From an uncultured Verrucomicrobiae bacterium (GTDB lineage Bacteria; Verrucomicrobiota; Verrucomicrobiia; Chthoniobacterales; UBA10450), in assembly GCA_963756875.1 (NCBI GenBank), contig CAVWPA010000003.1:1376001-1440000 (forward strand): 64,000 bases of DNA. The letters run 5' to 3'. The notes beneath the pieces are model-generated. The model saw nothing but the letters and a program-made list of their open reading frames with translations. It was not told the DNA's origin and did no database searches. Position 1 is the stretch's first letter. Each line of letters starts with the position of its first letter. A program made the position numbers and the translations under genes. Positions 28,021 to 39,227 of this stretch are shown piece by piece.

Positions 28021-30283
28021 CTACACCCGCGACCGGCGGCGGCCGGAGTTGCGCGTGTATTTTACCGGTTTGCGCTTCGGCTCGATCCTGTCGATGCCAG
28101 TCCCGCTTTTCACTTCCATGATTTGGTCGCGCAAAAGTGCGGCGCGTTCGAATTCGAGATTCGCCGAGGCGTGCTGCATTTCTTCTTCGAGCTCGCGCAA
28201 CAGCTCCGTCACATTGAAATCGGCGCCGCTCTCGCGAATGACCGAAGCTTCCACTTCGCGCCCCCGCAGGATTGTGTGCAGACTTTCCTGGACAGCGCGA
28301 CGGACAGTTTGTGGCGTGATGCCATGTTTCTCGTTGTACTCCATCTGCCTGGTACGCCGGTATTCGGAGATCGATATCAGCGCTTCCATGCTTCGAGTGA
28401 CCTGGTCCGCGAACAGCACCACCTCGCCATTGATGTGCCGCGCGGCGCGTCCCGCGGTTTGGATCAACGATGTCTGGCTGCGCAGAAAGCCTTCCTTGTC
28501 GGCATCGAGGATGCAAACGAGCGAAACCTCGGGGAGATCGAGACCTTCGCGAAGCAGATTGATGCCGACGAGAATGTCGAATTCGGCGGCACGAAGGCCA
28601 CGCAGGATCTCCACGCGCTCGATTGTGTCGATGTCGCTGTGCAGATAACGCACCTTCAATCCGACGTCGCGCAGATAATCGGCAAGATCTTCAGCCGTCC
28701 GTTTCGTCAGGGTGGTAATGAGGACGCGCTCGCCTTTTTCGACGCGTTGACGGCAAAGCTCGATCGTGTCGTCGATTTGGTTTTTCAGCGGCTTGATCGT
28801 GATCCTTGGATCCAGCAGTCCGGTCGGCCGAATGATTTGTTCGACCACCAGCGGCGCGCCTGGCGTATGAACATCGAATTTTTCCGGCGGTTCGTCCGTG
28901 CGTGAAATCTGCGTTTCCGGATTGGACGTTGGACGTTGGACGTTGGGCGTTGGCCTCTGGCTCGGAGAAGCCGACGACTCGGAGAGGCGTTTTCCGCCTG
29001 GAAGGAGAAACGGCACCGGCTCGTCCCGCCCAATCCGTTGTCTTTTGTGCGGAACGTATCCTTTGTTTCCAACCACGCTGTTTTGAATCTCGAACTCAGC
29101 CGGGGTCGCGCTGACGTAGATGTTCTGATTCGTTATTTTCATGAACTCGTCGAAGTTCAGCGGCCGATTATCGAGCGCGCTCGGCAGACGAAACCCGTAT
29201 TCGACCAGCACCGTCTTGCGCGAGCGGTCGCCCTCGTACATCCCGCCGATTTGCGGAATGGTGGCGTGCGATTCGTCGACAACGACGAGAAAATCTTTTG
29301 GGAAGAAATCGATGATCGTGTATGGCTTCGAGCCGGGCGGCCGGCCGGACAGGTGTCGCGAGTAATTCTCGATGCCGTTGCAAAATCCCATTTCCTGCAA
29401 CATTTCGAGATCGTACTCGGTGCGCATCCGGAGCCGTTGCGCCTCGAGGAGCTTGTTTTGCGACTCCAACTGCACAATGCGTTGCTCAAGCTCTTCGCGA
29501 ATGGAGCGCAGGGCGCGATTGAGTTTGTCGGCCGGGGTAACGAACTGTTTTGCCGGGTAAAATGTAAGCACGCTGAGCGATTCGTGTGCGTGGCCGGTGA
29601 GGGGATCGAACCGGGTAAGAGCGTCGATCTCGTCGCCGAAGAACTCGATTCGAATCGCTTCTTCATCGGCTGTAGCCGGATACACCTCGACCACATCGCC
29701 GCGCACGCGGAATTTTCCGCGCGTGAAATTCATGTCGTTGCGCTCGTACAACATGTCGATCAAACGGCCGAGCACCGCTTCGCGGCCGATGTGCTGGCCG
29801 CGTTTTACGGTGAGCAACATGTTTAAATAATCTTCCGGCGAGGTGATGCCGTAAATGCATGAGACACTGGCTACAACGATGGTGTCGCGGCGGGAAAGGA
29901 GCGCGCTGGTCGCAGCGAGCCGGAGCCGCTCGATCTCTTCATTAATGGACGAGTCTTTTTCGATGTACGTGTCCGAGCGCGGGATATACGCTTCCGGCTG
30001 GTAATAGTCGAAATAGCTGACGAAATATTCCACCGCGTTCTGTGGAAAGAATTGCTTGAACTCGGAATAAAGCTGCGCGGCCAGCGTTTTGTTGTGCGAA
30101 ATCACCAGGGTGGGCCGGTCGAGCTCGCGAATGACATTGGCGACGGTGAACGTTTTGCCCGAACCGGTCACGCCGAGCAGCGTCTGATGGCGATTGCCGG
30201 CTTCGACCGACTTGAGGAGTTTGGCAATGGCCTGGCCCTGGTCGCCGCGCGGCTTGTAATCTCGATTCAAGCTGAAAAGGCAT
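28021..30283 (-). CDS. uvrB: Excinuclease ABC subunit B (apparent +1 frameshift at ~30262)
   Basis: [40 protein letters not shown]; removing one base gives the typical start [15 protein letters not shown] from ATG 30283. Confidence 0.95.
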
Positions 30284-30337
30284 TCACCAACGTAACACCA
30301 ACCCGGGTTACCTGAAAAGGTAGCATCGTTTGGAGGC

Positions 30338-30570
30338 ATCTGCTTCGGTCTGCCGACCAACTGATGCGGCCCACATTCCGCAATCTGAACGGTTCGTTCG
30401 AAAGCCGGGCCTGTCGCAACGGATTGTTAGAACAAATTGCCCTTCTCGAAAAAAAGCGGTTTATGAAACGCGAGTCGGGCGCCGTGGATGCTCGCGTCTA
30501 CCGTCTAACCGCCCACGGCCGTCTGCATGCATTGGGCGGACGTGCTCCGGCTGCCCGGTGGTCGCGCCCG
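30338..30570 (+). pseudogene. Truncated PaaX-like winged-helix regulator
   Basis: [13 protein letters not shown]...VYRLTAHGRLHALGGRAPAARWSRP ends where the WDG.W..v.FD motif is expected, at the start of AT-rich DNA. Confidence 0.6.
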
Positions 30571-30578
30571 TATTGTTC

Positions 30579-31301
30579 TCATTCATTTTGATCTTTGTAT
30601 CTCGACAAACTGTCAAATGTGTATCCGAAAAGAGCAATTTCCCTTTGGCAAATCTTTTCAATCAATTCTCTCTCTTTTGTGCTTATTACTTCCTGGTAGG
30701 GCCGTTTATCTTTTCGAAATCCTGCTTTGGTCATCGGGAGAGGAGGGATTTCGGGAAACCTAAATTGCTGGCAAATTGCTTCCAACTCCTGTGGCAAGTC
30801 TTCATAAAAGCAGACTCGATCCACAGCTAAATTGTCATTGAGCGTATAAACTGGATAATTCGTTAACTTTGGTAGCTCTTCTGGCTGCTGAAGAAACTCT
30901 TCCAACGGGATTTTTTCTTTGTAAAATGTGGTTGCGAAACTATAACGCGAAATGGCCTTGTCCCACGGATTTCGTTCAAAGCAAAATTTGTAGTAAGTGT
31001 CCCATATTTCTCTGCCTATCCATCTGCGAACGTCATAAGCAGGAATATGGTTGTAGAATCGCCGCCTCTTCCTCTCTCGAAAAGATTGGATCCAATCTCT
31101 CAGGTTATATCGGCTATATGAAACGAAATAATTTTGTGGGCCTCGGTAACCGAGTTTTTTTCGTATCTGCTCATCTTTTCGTGCGATCGGAGTGATCACA
31201 TCATTTTGTCCGCAAAATTTGGATAAGGCGATCTCGATACTTGTGCCAGCAGTCTTACGGGTTTTCAGGAAGATAAATTTATATTTATGTGAAATAATCA
31301 T
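30579..31301 (-). CDS. Sulfotransferase family 2 protein (AT-rich, foreign-looking)
   Basis: MIISHKYKFIFLKTRKTAGTSI, KFCFERNPWDKAIS, C-terminal EIALFGY. Confidence 0.85.
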   Translation of the reverse strand: MIISHKYKFIFLKTRKTAGTSIEIALSKFCGQNDVITPIARKDEQIRKKLGYRGPQNYFVSYSRYNLRDWIQSFRERKRRRFYNHIPAYDVRRWIGREIWDTYYKFCFERNPWDKAISRYSFATTFYKEKIPLEEFLQQPEELPKLTNYPVYTLNDNLAVDRVCFYEDLPQELEAICQQFRFPEIPPLPMTKAGFRKDKRPYQEVISTKERELIEKICQREIALFGYTFDSLSRYKDQNE

Positions 31302-31358
31302 ATTTCTTCTGTTTTCCTCTTGCAGTGGCTCTCGAACACTTCAAAACCTGGCAGGATT

Positions 31359-31510
31359 TCAAGAACCAAAAGGTTTTATCGCAAGGGTCGTCAAAACGGT
31401 CGCGACAGCGGTTCCCTTAATTCCCCAGTATTTGGTGAGAAGATAGATCAGGACAGCCAAACCATCAGTGGCGAACATTGATAAAGCCAGGGCAGATTGG
31501 GTTTGCCGGT
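31359..31510 (-). pseudogene. Possible fragment of a polysaccharide flippase/exporter
   Basis: Hydrophobic LIYLLTKYWGIKGTAVATVLT resembles the G..GAA.AT motif of MATE/Wzx proteins. Confidence 0.35.
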
Positions 31511-31730
31511 TGCCTAAAAAGCGGAACCTGGTGTCGCTCCCTCGGATGTTAGCAAGCCCTGCAGTGCAATGATTTGAAGCGAAACAATCATTTGGCATTC
31601 CATATTTTGTTTCATATGCGACAAAAGATGGGAAGATATAAAGCTCGGGTAGCATCGGGCTCCTTACCCTGAAAGCGAAGCTGGCTTTGGTTGTCACATT
31701 TGATACAGGGGAGCTACATTTGCGAGCAGC

Positions 31731-34103
31731 ATGACAGAAGGTCCGGATTCAGACGTCCAGTTAAAGATCGGACACGTCCTGTTCATGGACGTGGTCGGTT
31801 ACTCCACATTGCTCCTCGACGAGCAGCGGGAGCTTCAGGAAGAGCTCGCCCAAATCGTTAAAAATACGGAACAAGTCCGCATCGCGGAAGAAGCCGGCAA
31901 GCTCATTCGGCTTCCCACAGGCGATGGAATGGCGCTCGTCTTCTTTAGTGGCCCGGAAGCGCCGATTCGCTGCGCCGTGGACATCGGCAGCGCATTGAAG
32001 AGTCATCCTGAAATTCGTCTACGCATGGGGATTCATAGCGGCCCGGTCCATGAAGTGAAGGATGTCAACGATCGGGAAAATGTTGCGGGCGCTGGAATTA
32101 ATACTGCGCAGCGTGTGATGGATTGTGGCGACGCGGGTCACATTCTCCTTTCCAAGCGTGTAGCGGACGATCTTGCACAGTCGCGGCAATGGCGCCCGTA
32201 TCTGCATGAGCTTGGCGAATGCGCGGCCAAGCACGGCATGCCGATTTTCGTGGTGAATCTCTACACGAATGAAGTAGGCAACCCCGAAGCGCCGCAGCGT
32301 TTCAAGCAATTGCAGTCAGCCTGGCGTCCGTCGCCAGTTTATTATCGGCGCAAGGCAGTACTCCTGGTAGTCGGAGCGTTCGTTGCCGTGGCGCTGGCCC
32401 TGGGTGCATGGTTTCATTTTCGGCAAACGCTCCAGCCGGAGAAAAGCATCGCGGTTCTGCCGTTTGAAAATTTCAGCGACGACAAGGAGAACGCCTTTTT
32501 CGCCGATGGAATTCAGGACGACATTCTGACCAGTCTGGCAGAGATCAAAGATCTCAAGGTCATCAGCCGTTCCTCGGTGATGCAGTTTCGCAATATCGCC
32601 GGGCAAAAACTGCGCGACATCAGCAAAATCCTCGATGTCGCGAACGTTCTCGAAGGAAGCGTCCGGCGAGAAGGCGACCGGGTCGTAGTGAACGTGCAAC
32701 TTATCGATGCGTTGGACAACCGGCAGATCTGGGCGAATCGCTACGACCGGACACTGGTCGATTCGTTAGGTCTGCAAGGCGAGCTGGCCACTGAAATTGC
32801 CGAGGCCCTGCGGGTGCGGTTGAGCCCCGAAGAGAAGGCGCGAATCGAAACCAAGCCGACGGAAAACCCGGATGCCTACGTCTTTTATCTGCGGGCGAAC
32901 CAGATTGAACGCAACCCGGACACGCTGCTCGAAGATTACAAGGTGGCGAAGGAACTTTACATGAAAGCCATCGAGCTCGACCCGAATTTCGCGCTGGCCC
33001 ACGCGCGCCTGGCATCCACTGTCGCAGCAATCTTTCATTTCTGCGAACCGCTCGATCGCTGGAAAAAAATGGCGCGTGCAGAGGCCGATACGGCACTGCG
33101 CTTGCAACCGAACCTGGCGGGGGCGCATTTCGCCCTGGGCGAATGCATTTACTGGTTCGATCGGGATTATGACCGTGCGCTGGAGCAGTTCGACATCGCG
33201 TCGAACCTCTCGCCAAACAATGCCGAAATCGGACGCTTAATTGCGGCGATTAAACGCCGTCAGGGAAAATGGGAGGAATCGCTGAAGGCATACGAACGTG
33301 TTCAAAAGATCGATCCGCAGAATCCCAATACCGTCCGGGAACTTGTCTTCACGAACACTGCGATGCGTCGCTGGCAAGAAGCCGCCCGATGGGCGCAACG
33401 AATGCGAAATATGGCGCCTGCGTCGTTGGTGGCCAAGATTCAAAGCGGTTATGTCGATTTTTGGTGGAAAGGCGACACCCACTCGCTGAAGTCGTTGTTG
33501 AACGAAGTCCCGCCCGGAGTCGATCCGGACGGAGTGATCACGGCTACTCGATGGGACGTGGCGATGATCGAGCGCGACTATGCCGCAGCCAGACATGTGC
33601 TCGACACTTCACCACTTCAGTCCGTGTCGTACATGAATGGTGGGTCGACGCCGAAAAGTTTTCTGGAGGGCTGCATCTATCTCGCGCAAAACAACACGAC
33701 TGAGGCGCAAAAGAGTTTCGAAGTGGCACGGCAGATTTGGGAGAAGGAAGTCAAGGAAGCGCCTGCCAGCGCTGAGCGCCACGCCAATCTGGGCTTGCTC
33801 TACGGGTTTATGGAGCGCAAGGACGACGCGGTCCGGGAAGGGCGCCTGGCCGTGGAATTGAAGCCGGAATCGAAGGACGCGGTCGATGGCGCGATCATGA
33901 ACTCTTATCTGGCGCTGATTTACGCGCGGGTCGGCGAAAACGATCTTGCCGTTTCATTAATCGGACGATTGTTGAAAACGCCGGGCGCAGTGGACAGCGT
34001 CGATTACAGCATCACCGTCAACGATCTGAAGCTTCGATGGGAATGGGATCCACTGCGTACCGATCCGCGTTTTCAGAAGCTCATCGAGCAGGGGTCACGT
34101 TGA
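31731..34103 (+). CDS. Adenylate/guanylate cyclase + TolB-like + TPR protein
   Basis: LFMDVVGYS, TGDGM, RMGIHSGPV, INTAQRVM; TM helix; SIAVLPFENFS; TPRs; WDPLRTDPRFQKL. Confidence 0.92.
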   Translation: MTEGPDSDVQLKIGHVLFMDVVGYSTLLLDEQRELQEELAQIVKNTEQVRIAEEAGKLIRLPTGDGMALVFFSGPEAPIRCAVDIGSALKSHPEIRLRMGIHSGPVHEVKDVNDRENVAGAGINTAQRVMDCGDAGHILLSKRVADDLAQSRQWRPYLHELGECAAKHGMPIFVVNLYTNEVGNPEAPQRFKQLQSAWRPSPVYYRRKAVLLVVGAFVAVALALGAWFHFRQTLQPEKSIAVLPFENFSDDKENAFFADGIQDDILTSLAEIKDLKVISRSSVMQFRNIAGQKLRDISKILDVANVLEGSVRREGDRVVVNVQLIDALDNRQIWANRYDRTLVDSLGLQGELATEIAEALRVRLSPEEKARIETKPTENPDAYVFYLRANQIERNPDTLLEDYKVAKELYMKAIELDPNFALAHARLASTVAAIFHFCEPLDRWKKMARAEADTALRLQPNLAGAHFALGECIYWFDRDYDRALEQFDIASNLSPNNAEIGRLIAAIKRRQGKWEESLKAYERVQKIDPQNPNTVRELVFTNTAMRRWQEAARWAQRMRNMAPASLVAKIQSGYVDFWWKGDTHSLKSLLNEVPPGVDPDGVITATRWDVAMIERDYAAARHVLDTSPLQSVSYMNGGSTPKSFLEGCIYLAQNNTTEAQKSFEVARQIWEKEVKEAPASAERHANLGLLYGFMERKDDAVREGRLAVELKPESKDAVDGAIMNSYLALIYARVGENDLAVSLIGRLLKTPGAVDSVDYSITVNDLKLRWEWDPLRTDPRFQKLIEQGSR

Positions 34104-35844
34104 ATCCGAAAGAATTCTTCGCCGAACTAAAGCGGAGAAAAGTCTACAGCGTCGCGATTGCGTATGCCGTGGGCGCCTGGGCGCTGGCGCAGGGAATCGC
34201 GCAGGTTTTTCCCGTGTTCGACATTCCGAACTGGGTGGTGCGTCTCATCGTCTTGCTCATCATCCTCGGATTCCCGGTGGCATTGGCACTTTCCTGGTTT
34301 TTCGATCTCACCCGTTACGGGATCGTACGTACGCCTAAAATGGATCGCGAAACGATGCCACCGGCGGTCGATCTGGATCGAGCGCACTCTGACGAAAAAT
34401 CGATCGCGGTTCTGCCGTTCCGCGATCTTAGTTCAAATCGGGACCACGATTATCTCAGCGACGGTATTGCGGAGGAAATTTTAACGGCTCTTTCGAAAAT
34501 CGACAATTTGCACGTTGCTGCGCGCCGCTCTGCATTTTCGTTCAAGGGAAAAGAAGCCGATCTGAGCGAGATCGCGGACAAATTGAACGTGGAGCACGTT
34601 CTCGAAGGGACCGTGCGTCAAGATGGGGACCGCATCCGCATTACGGCGGAGCTGATTAACGCCTGCGACGGGTTCACGATTTGGTCGGAAACGTTCGAGC
34701 GGGAAATGCAGAGCATTTTCGCGCTCCAGGACGAGATCACGCATTCCATCGTGGACGCGTTGAAACTGAAGTTGGCGATATCGCCCCCATCCGCGATGCG
34801 CAGCGCCGACGCTTACGATTCCTATTTGCAGGGCCTTTTTTATTCGGACAAAAGTACCCGAGGATGCTCTGCGGAAGAGCCTGGAGTTTTTTCAGCGCGC
34901 TCTGGAGCAGGATTCGCAGTTTGGGCGCGCATGGACTGGAATTGCCAAGGCATGGCTCTGGCTGGCGGACGCCTACGTGTCGCCGCTCGAAGCTTATCCG
35001 AAGGTGCGCGAAGCTGCGTTGCGCGCATTGAGGATCGACAAAGAGCAGGCCGAAGCGCACGTCTATCTGGCTGAGACGAAGCGGATACTCGATTGGGACC
35101 TCGATGGCGCCGAAATGGAGTTTAATCGCGCGTTCGAGATCGACCCGAATTCAACGCCTTCGAACTATTTTATCGCTGCGTTTTACGCGGCACGCGGGGA
35201 CCGGGAGAGAGCATTGGCCTACCTGCAGCGGACATCCAAGATCGATCCCGCGTCGCTATGGGTGAACAATTTTGCCTGCGAACTCTATCGCTACTTCGGG
35301 CTTTATGATGAAGCGATTGCCGCCGGCGAGCGCGCGTTGCAACTCGATCCGGCGTTTGCTTATGGCGAGCCACTGCTAGCCGCGTTGTATCGCGAAATGG
35401 GTCGTTTCGATGAGGCGATCGCGCTTTATGAAAAATCGGAGAATCTCAGCGGCAGGCCGCCGTTTGGGCTTGCGATTGCATACGCCCGAATGAATCAGCG
35501 CGAAAAAGCGTTGCGGTCGCTCGATATGGCCGTGAAACGCCGAAGTGTACACCGCCGGTGACGCCATCGCGCACGTGCATGTCGCACTCGGCGAGCACGA
35601 CGATGCCATTCGAGAACTGGAACGCGCCTGCAAGGAGCATTCCTCATCGTTACACACGGTCGGCATTGCGCCGGAGTTTATCCCACTTCGATCCGACGAA
35701 CGTTTCCTGTCGATCCTGCACAAAATCGGTTTGGAGCCGAAGAAAGTCTTCGCGGTCTCCGCCATCCCAGCGCAAAATTCATCCGCCCGCGGCCAATTCT
35801 CTCCCTCTCTCCCTCAGGGAGAGACGGACGCGAAGCGCCAGTGA
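34100..35844 (+). CDS. Membrane-anchored TolB-like/TPR protein (two apparent +1 frameshifts, ~34858 and ~35547)
   Basis: FFAELKRRKVY, SIAVLPF, TPRs and PLRSDERF are spread over three consecutive frames. Confidence 0.82.
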
Positions 35845-35868
35845 GGCCAAGGAGAGGGCATGGGAGAG
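35800..35868. repeat. CCCTCTCTCCC/GGGAGAG palindromic repeat
   Basis: CCCTCTCTCCCTCAGGGAGAGA...GGAGAGGG overlapping the end of the TPR gene. Confidence 0.5.
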
Positions 35869-35913
35869 ACGGATCCGGCGGCTGCCGGACCAGCGAAGCG
35901 ATGCGGAGCGCAG

Positions 35914-36783
35914 TTACTGGACGATCACGTCGCGTCCGTGGCCATGAGAACGGACGCCCATTTTGTGCAGATCGCGCGTGGCGAGTTGCATGGCGACGAG
36001 CAGCGCGGCGATCAAACCAAAATACAGGATCGACATGGTCCAGCGTTGCGCGGTTGTGACTTCAAAATAACGGCGTTCGTCTTCGCTGCGTTTGCGGAAG
36101 AGCGAAATAACGCGCGGCAGGGAGAGGGCCACCATCAGCCAGACGATAAAGTTCGGATATTTCCATCCGAACCAGATAAGAAGCGCAAAGCCAGGCAGCC
36201 AAAGCCAGCGCGACAATGCCGTGACGATCCGGCCGCCGTCCAGCATGCCCACCGGCGTGAGATTAAACAGGTTCAAAAAATAACCGAACCAGGCGAGAGC
36301 GATAAAAATAGGCGCGCCGAAGATTTCGCCTAACGAATTGCAGGCAAGTGCGCCCAGGGAACCGAGCATCGGTCCGCCGATGCCGACGCACGCTTCCATC
36401 CAGGCGTTGCGCGGCGCTTCTTTCAGCGCAATGAACGCGCCCATGAACGGAATGAAAACCGGTGCGCCGACCTTGAGACCGAATTTCTTCGCGACGATCA
36501 AGTGTCCGCATTCGTGCACCAGGAGAAGCAGAACGAATCCAGCGCCGAATTTCCAGCCCCACAACGCGGTGTAAACCCAGACCATGAGCAACATGGTGCC
36601 GCCGGACTTCAGGAGAATGGGCAAAAACTTGAGCGCCGGCAGGAGCAGAAACTTCAGCTTCGCGAAAAACTTCGCGATGATCACTCCGGCGGCAGCCAGC
36701 GGCCCGAGCGTTTTTCTGGTGCGTTTCCAGAAGGTCTCGCGCTGGGGGCCGGCCAGCTCGGTGCTTTGAATTTCACCATTCAT
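35914..36783 (-). CDS. Site-2 protease (M50)
   Basis: HECGH, GGP, NLTPVGMLDGG. Confidence 0.92.
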   Translation of the reverse strand: MNGEIQSTELAGPQRETFWKRTRKTLGPLAAAGVIIAKFFAKLKFLLLPALKFLPILLKSGGTMLLMVWVYTALWGWKFGAGFVLLLLVHECGHLIVAKKFGLKVGAPVFIPFMGAFIALKEAPRNAWMEACVGIGGPMLGSLGALACNSLGEIFGAPIFIALAWFGYFLNLFNLTPVGMLDGGRIVTALSRWLWLPGFALLIWFGWKYPNFIVWLMVALSLPRVISLFRKRSEDERRYFEVTTAQRWTMSILYFGLIAALLVAMQLATRDLHKMGVRSHGHGRDVIVQ

Positions 36784-36789
36784 CGGTTC

Positions 36790-38316
36790 TTAAACCGGCG
36801 GGTCGCGGATCTCATTGAATGCCGCCCCAAGATGGTCGAGCACATCGCCGGCCAGAAGCGATTCTTCGCTCGCCCCCCCACGGAAGACTGCGATCTCGGC
36901 CGCGCGTCCGCACACCCATGCACCGACGCGGCCGGCATCGTAAGGCGCCAATTTCCGCCCGAGCAGTCCAGCGCACACTCCCGTCAGAACATCACCCATT
37001 CCGCCGCTGGCCATTCCCGGATTTCCAGTCGTGTTGTAGCAGATCGGCTTGCTTCTTTCGCAGACAATGGTGCGGCTTCCTTTGAACAGAAGCGTCACCG
37101 GAAACGCGTCGCAGAAATTTCTGGCCAGGCCGGCCCGCGACATTTTTCCGACATCGACCAACCGGCTCATCTCGCCGGGATGCGGCGTGACGAGGCGCGG
37201 CCCGCGACACCGTTGTAAAACCTCGATCTTTTCAGCAAGAATGTTTAGCCCATCGGCATCGACAACCATTGGCTGCTCGGCCCGTTCGATGAGTTGAAGG
37301 ACTTCGCCGGCCCGCGCTTTTCCCAAACCGGGGCCAACGGCCCAGATCTCGATATTTTCGTCCAGCAGATTTTTGTAGGAGCGAACCGGTTTGACCATCG
37401 ATTCAACCGGCGCGGCCGAGGCGACAATCTCGTAAATATCTTCCGGCACGAAAACTTCGACCAATCCCGCGCCTGCGCGTAATGCGCCGCGTGTAGTCAT
37501 AAGGGCTGCGCCGATGAATCCCTTGGAGCCGGCAACAACCCCGATGCGGCCGAATTGGTTTTTGTAGGCGTCAAATTTTCGCCGGGGACAAAGTGCATGG
37601 AGGGAATGTGCGGTGGCGACCAACTCGTTCGGCGCGCCTTCTTCCGGCACGAGGTCGGCGAGCGGGACGACTTCAAGTCGTCCGACAAAATCGAGCGCGG
37701 CATCGAGAATCAATCCATGCTTGGCAAATCCGACGGTGGCGGTGAAATCGGCGGCGACCGAGTCTTCCGGATCGGTTTCACCGGTATTGCCATCGAGGCC
37801 GGTGGGCAGGTCGACCGCGAAGACAAAAGCGTTTTGTTCGCGACGCAGCCGGTTAATCTCCTGGGCGGCGGTGCGGATCGGTTCGCGGAGAAAAGATTTT
37901 GCGCCGATGCCGAGTAAACCGTCGAGAATGATGGTGTGGCATGAGCTTCCAGCCGATGTAATGCCAGTTCGGTTCGGACCATCGGCAGGCTGCAGATGCC
38001 ACAAATCAGGCGCGTCGCGCAAGGCCTGCAGCTTTTTGCGCGTCAGTTCGCTGCAATCGCTTTCGGAAAACGGCAGGCGGATATCGATCTTCCATCCGGC
38101 CCGCTTCAAATGTTCCGCCGCAACCAATGCGTCGCCGCCGTTGTGACCTTTGCCCGCGAAAACGATGCAGGTCCCCGGGCGTGCGAAAAATTCCTGAACG
38201 GAGCGTGCGACGCCGGCGCCGGCCTGGTCCATTAAAGCTTCGACGTTAACGCCCCGAGCGAAGGCGGCTTCTTCCGTTGCGCGCATTTGCGCTGAGCTTA
38301 GAATTGGCGAGTCCAA
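36790..38316 (-). CDS. nnr: Bifunctional NAD(P)HX epimerase/dehydratase
   Basis: GKGHNGGDA, DLPTG, GPGLG, DADGLN, TPHPGE, GGMGDVLTG. Confidence 0.93.
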   Translation of the reverse strand: MDSPILSSAQMRATEEAAFARGVNVEALMDQAGAGVARSVQEFFARPGTCIVFAGKGHNGGDALVAAEHLKRAGWKIDIRLPFSESDCSELTRKKLQALRDAPDLWHLQPADGPNRTGITSAGSSCHTIILDGLLGIGAKSFLREPIRTAAQEINRLRREQNAFVFAVDLPTGLDGNTGETDPEDSVAADFTATVGFAKHGLILDAALDFVGRLEVVPLADLVPEEGAPNELVATAHSLHALCPRRKFDAYKNQFGRIGVVAGSKGFIGAALMTTRGALRAGAGLVEVFVPEDIYEIVASAAPVESMVKPVRSYKNLLDENIEIWAVGPGLGKARAGEVLQLIERAEQPMVVDADGLNILAEKIEVLQRCRGPRLVTPHPGEMSRLVDVGKMSRAGLARNFCDAFPVTLLFKGSRTIVCERSKPICYNTTGNPGMASGGMGDVLTGVCAGLLGRKLAPYDAGRVGAWVCGRAAEIAVFRGGASEESLLAGDVLDHLGAAFNEIRDPPV

Positions 38317-39225
38317 TCAGTCCTCCGCCGCTTTTGAGGTCGATTTCTTTTTCTTGGCGGCCGTTTTCTTCGCGTGGGAACCGGATTTCGATTTCGCGGT
38401 TGATTCCGACTTTTTGTGCTTGTGCGATGTGGATTTTGCCGAAGATCTGGAACTCTTTTTTGACGAGTGCCTGTGATGGTGCCGATTCCTGTGATGAGAA
38501 TGAGAGATATCGGGATCGTGAAAGTGCGTTTGATCGATGAACGGTTGCAGGGGCACTGCATTCGCAGCAACGCGCGCTGAACTCGAAGAGCGGACGACCT
38601 CCGAGCGAGAGCCGATGCCCCGGGCGATTTCGTCAGCTAGTTTTTGCCGGTAGGCGGTGTTCAGCACATACCTGGCCTCCGTCGGATTGGTGAGAAAGCC
38701 GCATTCAACCAGAACGGCCGGAATTCTGGTCCTGCGCAGAACATAGTAGCCGCGCCGGCGCACCCCGCGGTTCGGCGTGGGAGCGCCTCCAGCGACGTAA
38801 TAATGGATCGCGGAAGCAAGCGGCAGACTATGGGAACTGTAAAAATATGTCTCAATGCCATTCGCTCCGGCCCGTTTCGCCGAGTTGAAATGAATGCACA
38901 CAAAAATGGCGTTGCGATACCTGTTGGCGATTGCCACTCGCGTCGGTAATGGCACGAAAACGTCGCTGTCTCTGGTCATGACGACGCGATAACCGTGCGC
39001 TTGCAGCACATTTCTGAGACGCACCGCGACGTCGAGCGTCATCGTCTTTTCGGCAATGCGCTGCCCTGGGATCCCGCCGCGATCGAAGCCTCCATGGCCG
39101 GCATCGATCACGACGACGGTGGAAGAATCGGACCTGGAATTACTGGACCGCGCCAGGGTCGGAACGCTGCCGGCAACTGAGACTGCGGCAAGGATCAAAT
39201 TGAGGCGGTAAACCTGTGAGAACAT
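38317..39225 (-). CDS. N-acetylmuramoyl-L-alanine amidase (Amidase_3)
   Basis: IDAGHGG, EK, IHFNS, LVECGFLTN; His/Lys/Ser-rich tail. Confidence 0.92.
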   Translation of the reverse strand: MFSQVYRLNLILAAVSVAGSVPTLARSSNSRSDSSTVVVIDAGHGGFDRGGIPGQRIAEKTMTLDVAVRLRNVLQAHGYRVVMTRDSDVFVPLPTRVAIANRYRNAIFVCIHFNSAKRAGANGIETYFYSSHSLPLASAIHYYVAGGAPTPNRGVRRRGYYVLRRTRIPAVLVECGFLTNPTEARYVLNTAYRQKLADEIARGIGSRSEVVRSSSSARVAANAVPLQPFIDQTHFHDPDISHSHHRNRHHHRHSSKKSSRSSAKSTSHKHKKSESTAKSKSGSHAKKTAAKKKKSTSKAAED

Positions 39226-39227
39226 CT

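Noticed and set aside
28849..29077. UvrB insertion as an intein
   Set aside because: Too short and lacks the intein terminal His-Asn and block motifs
27892..29826. Long plus-strand ORFs opposite uvrB
   Set aside because: Antisense shadows of uvrB
30338..30591. PaaX-like fragment as a cas2/CRISPR-linked gene
   Set aside because: Only the N-terminal winged-helix part remains; no array or other cas genes
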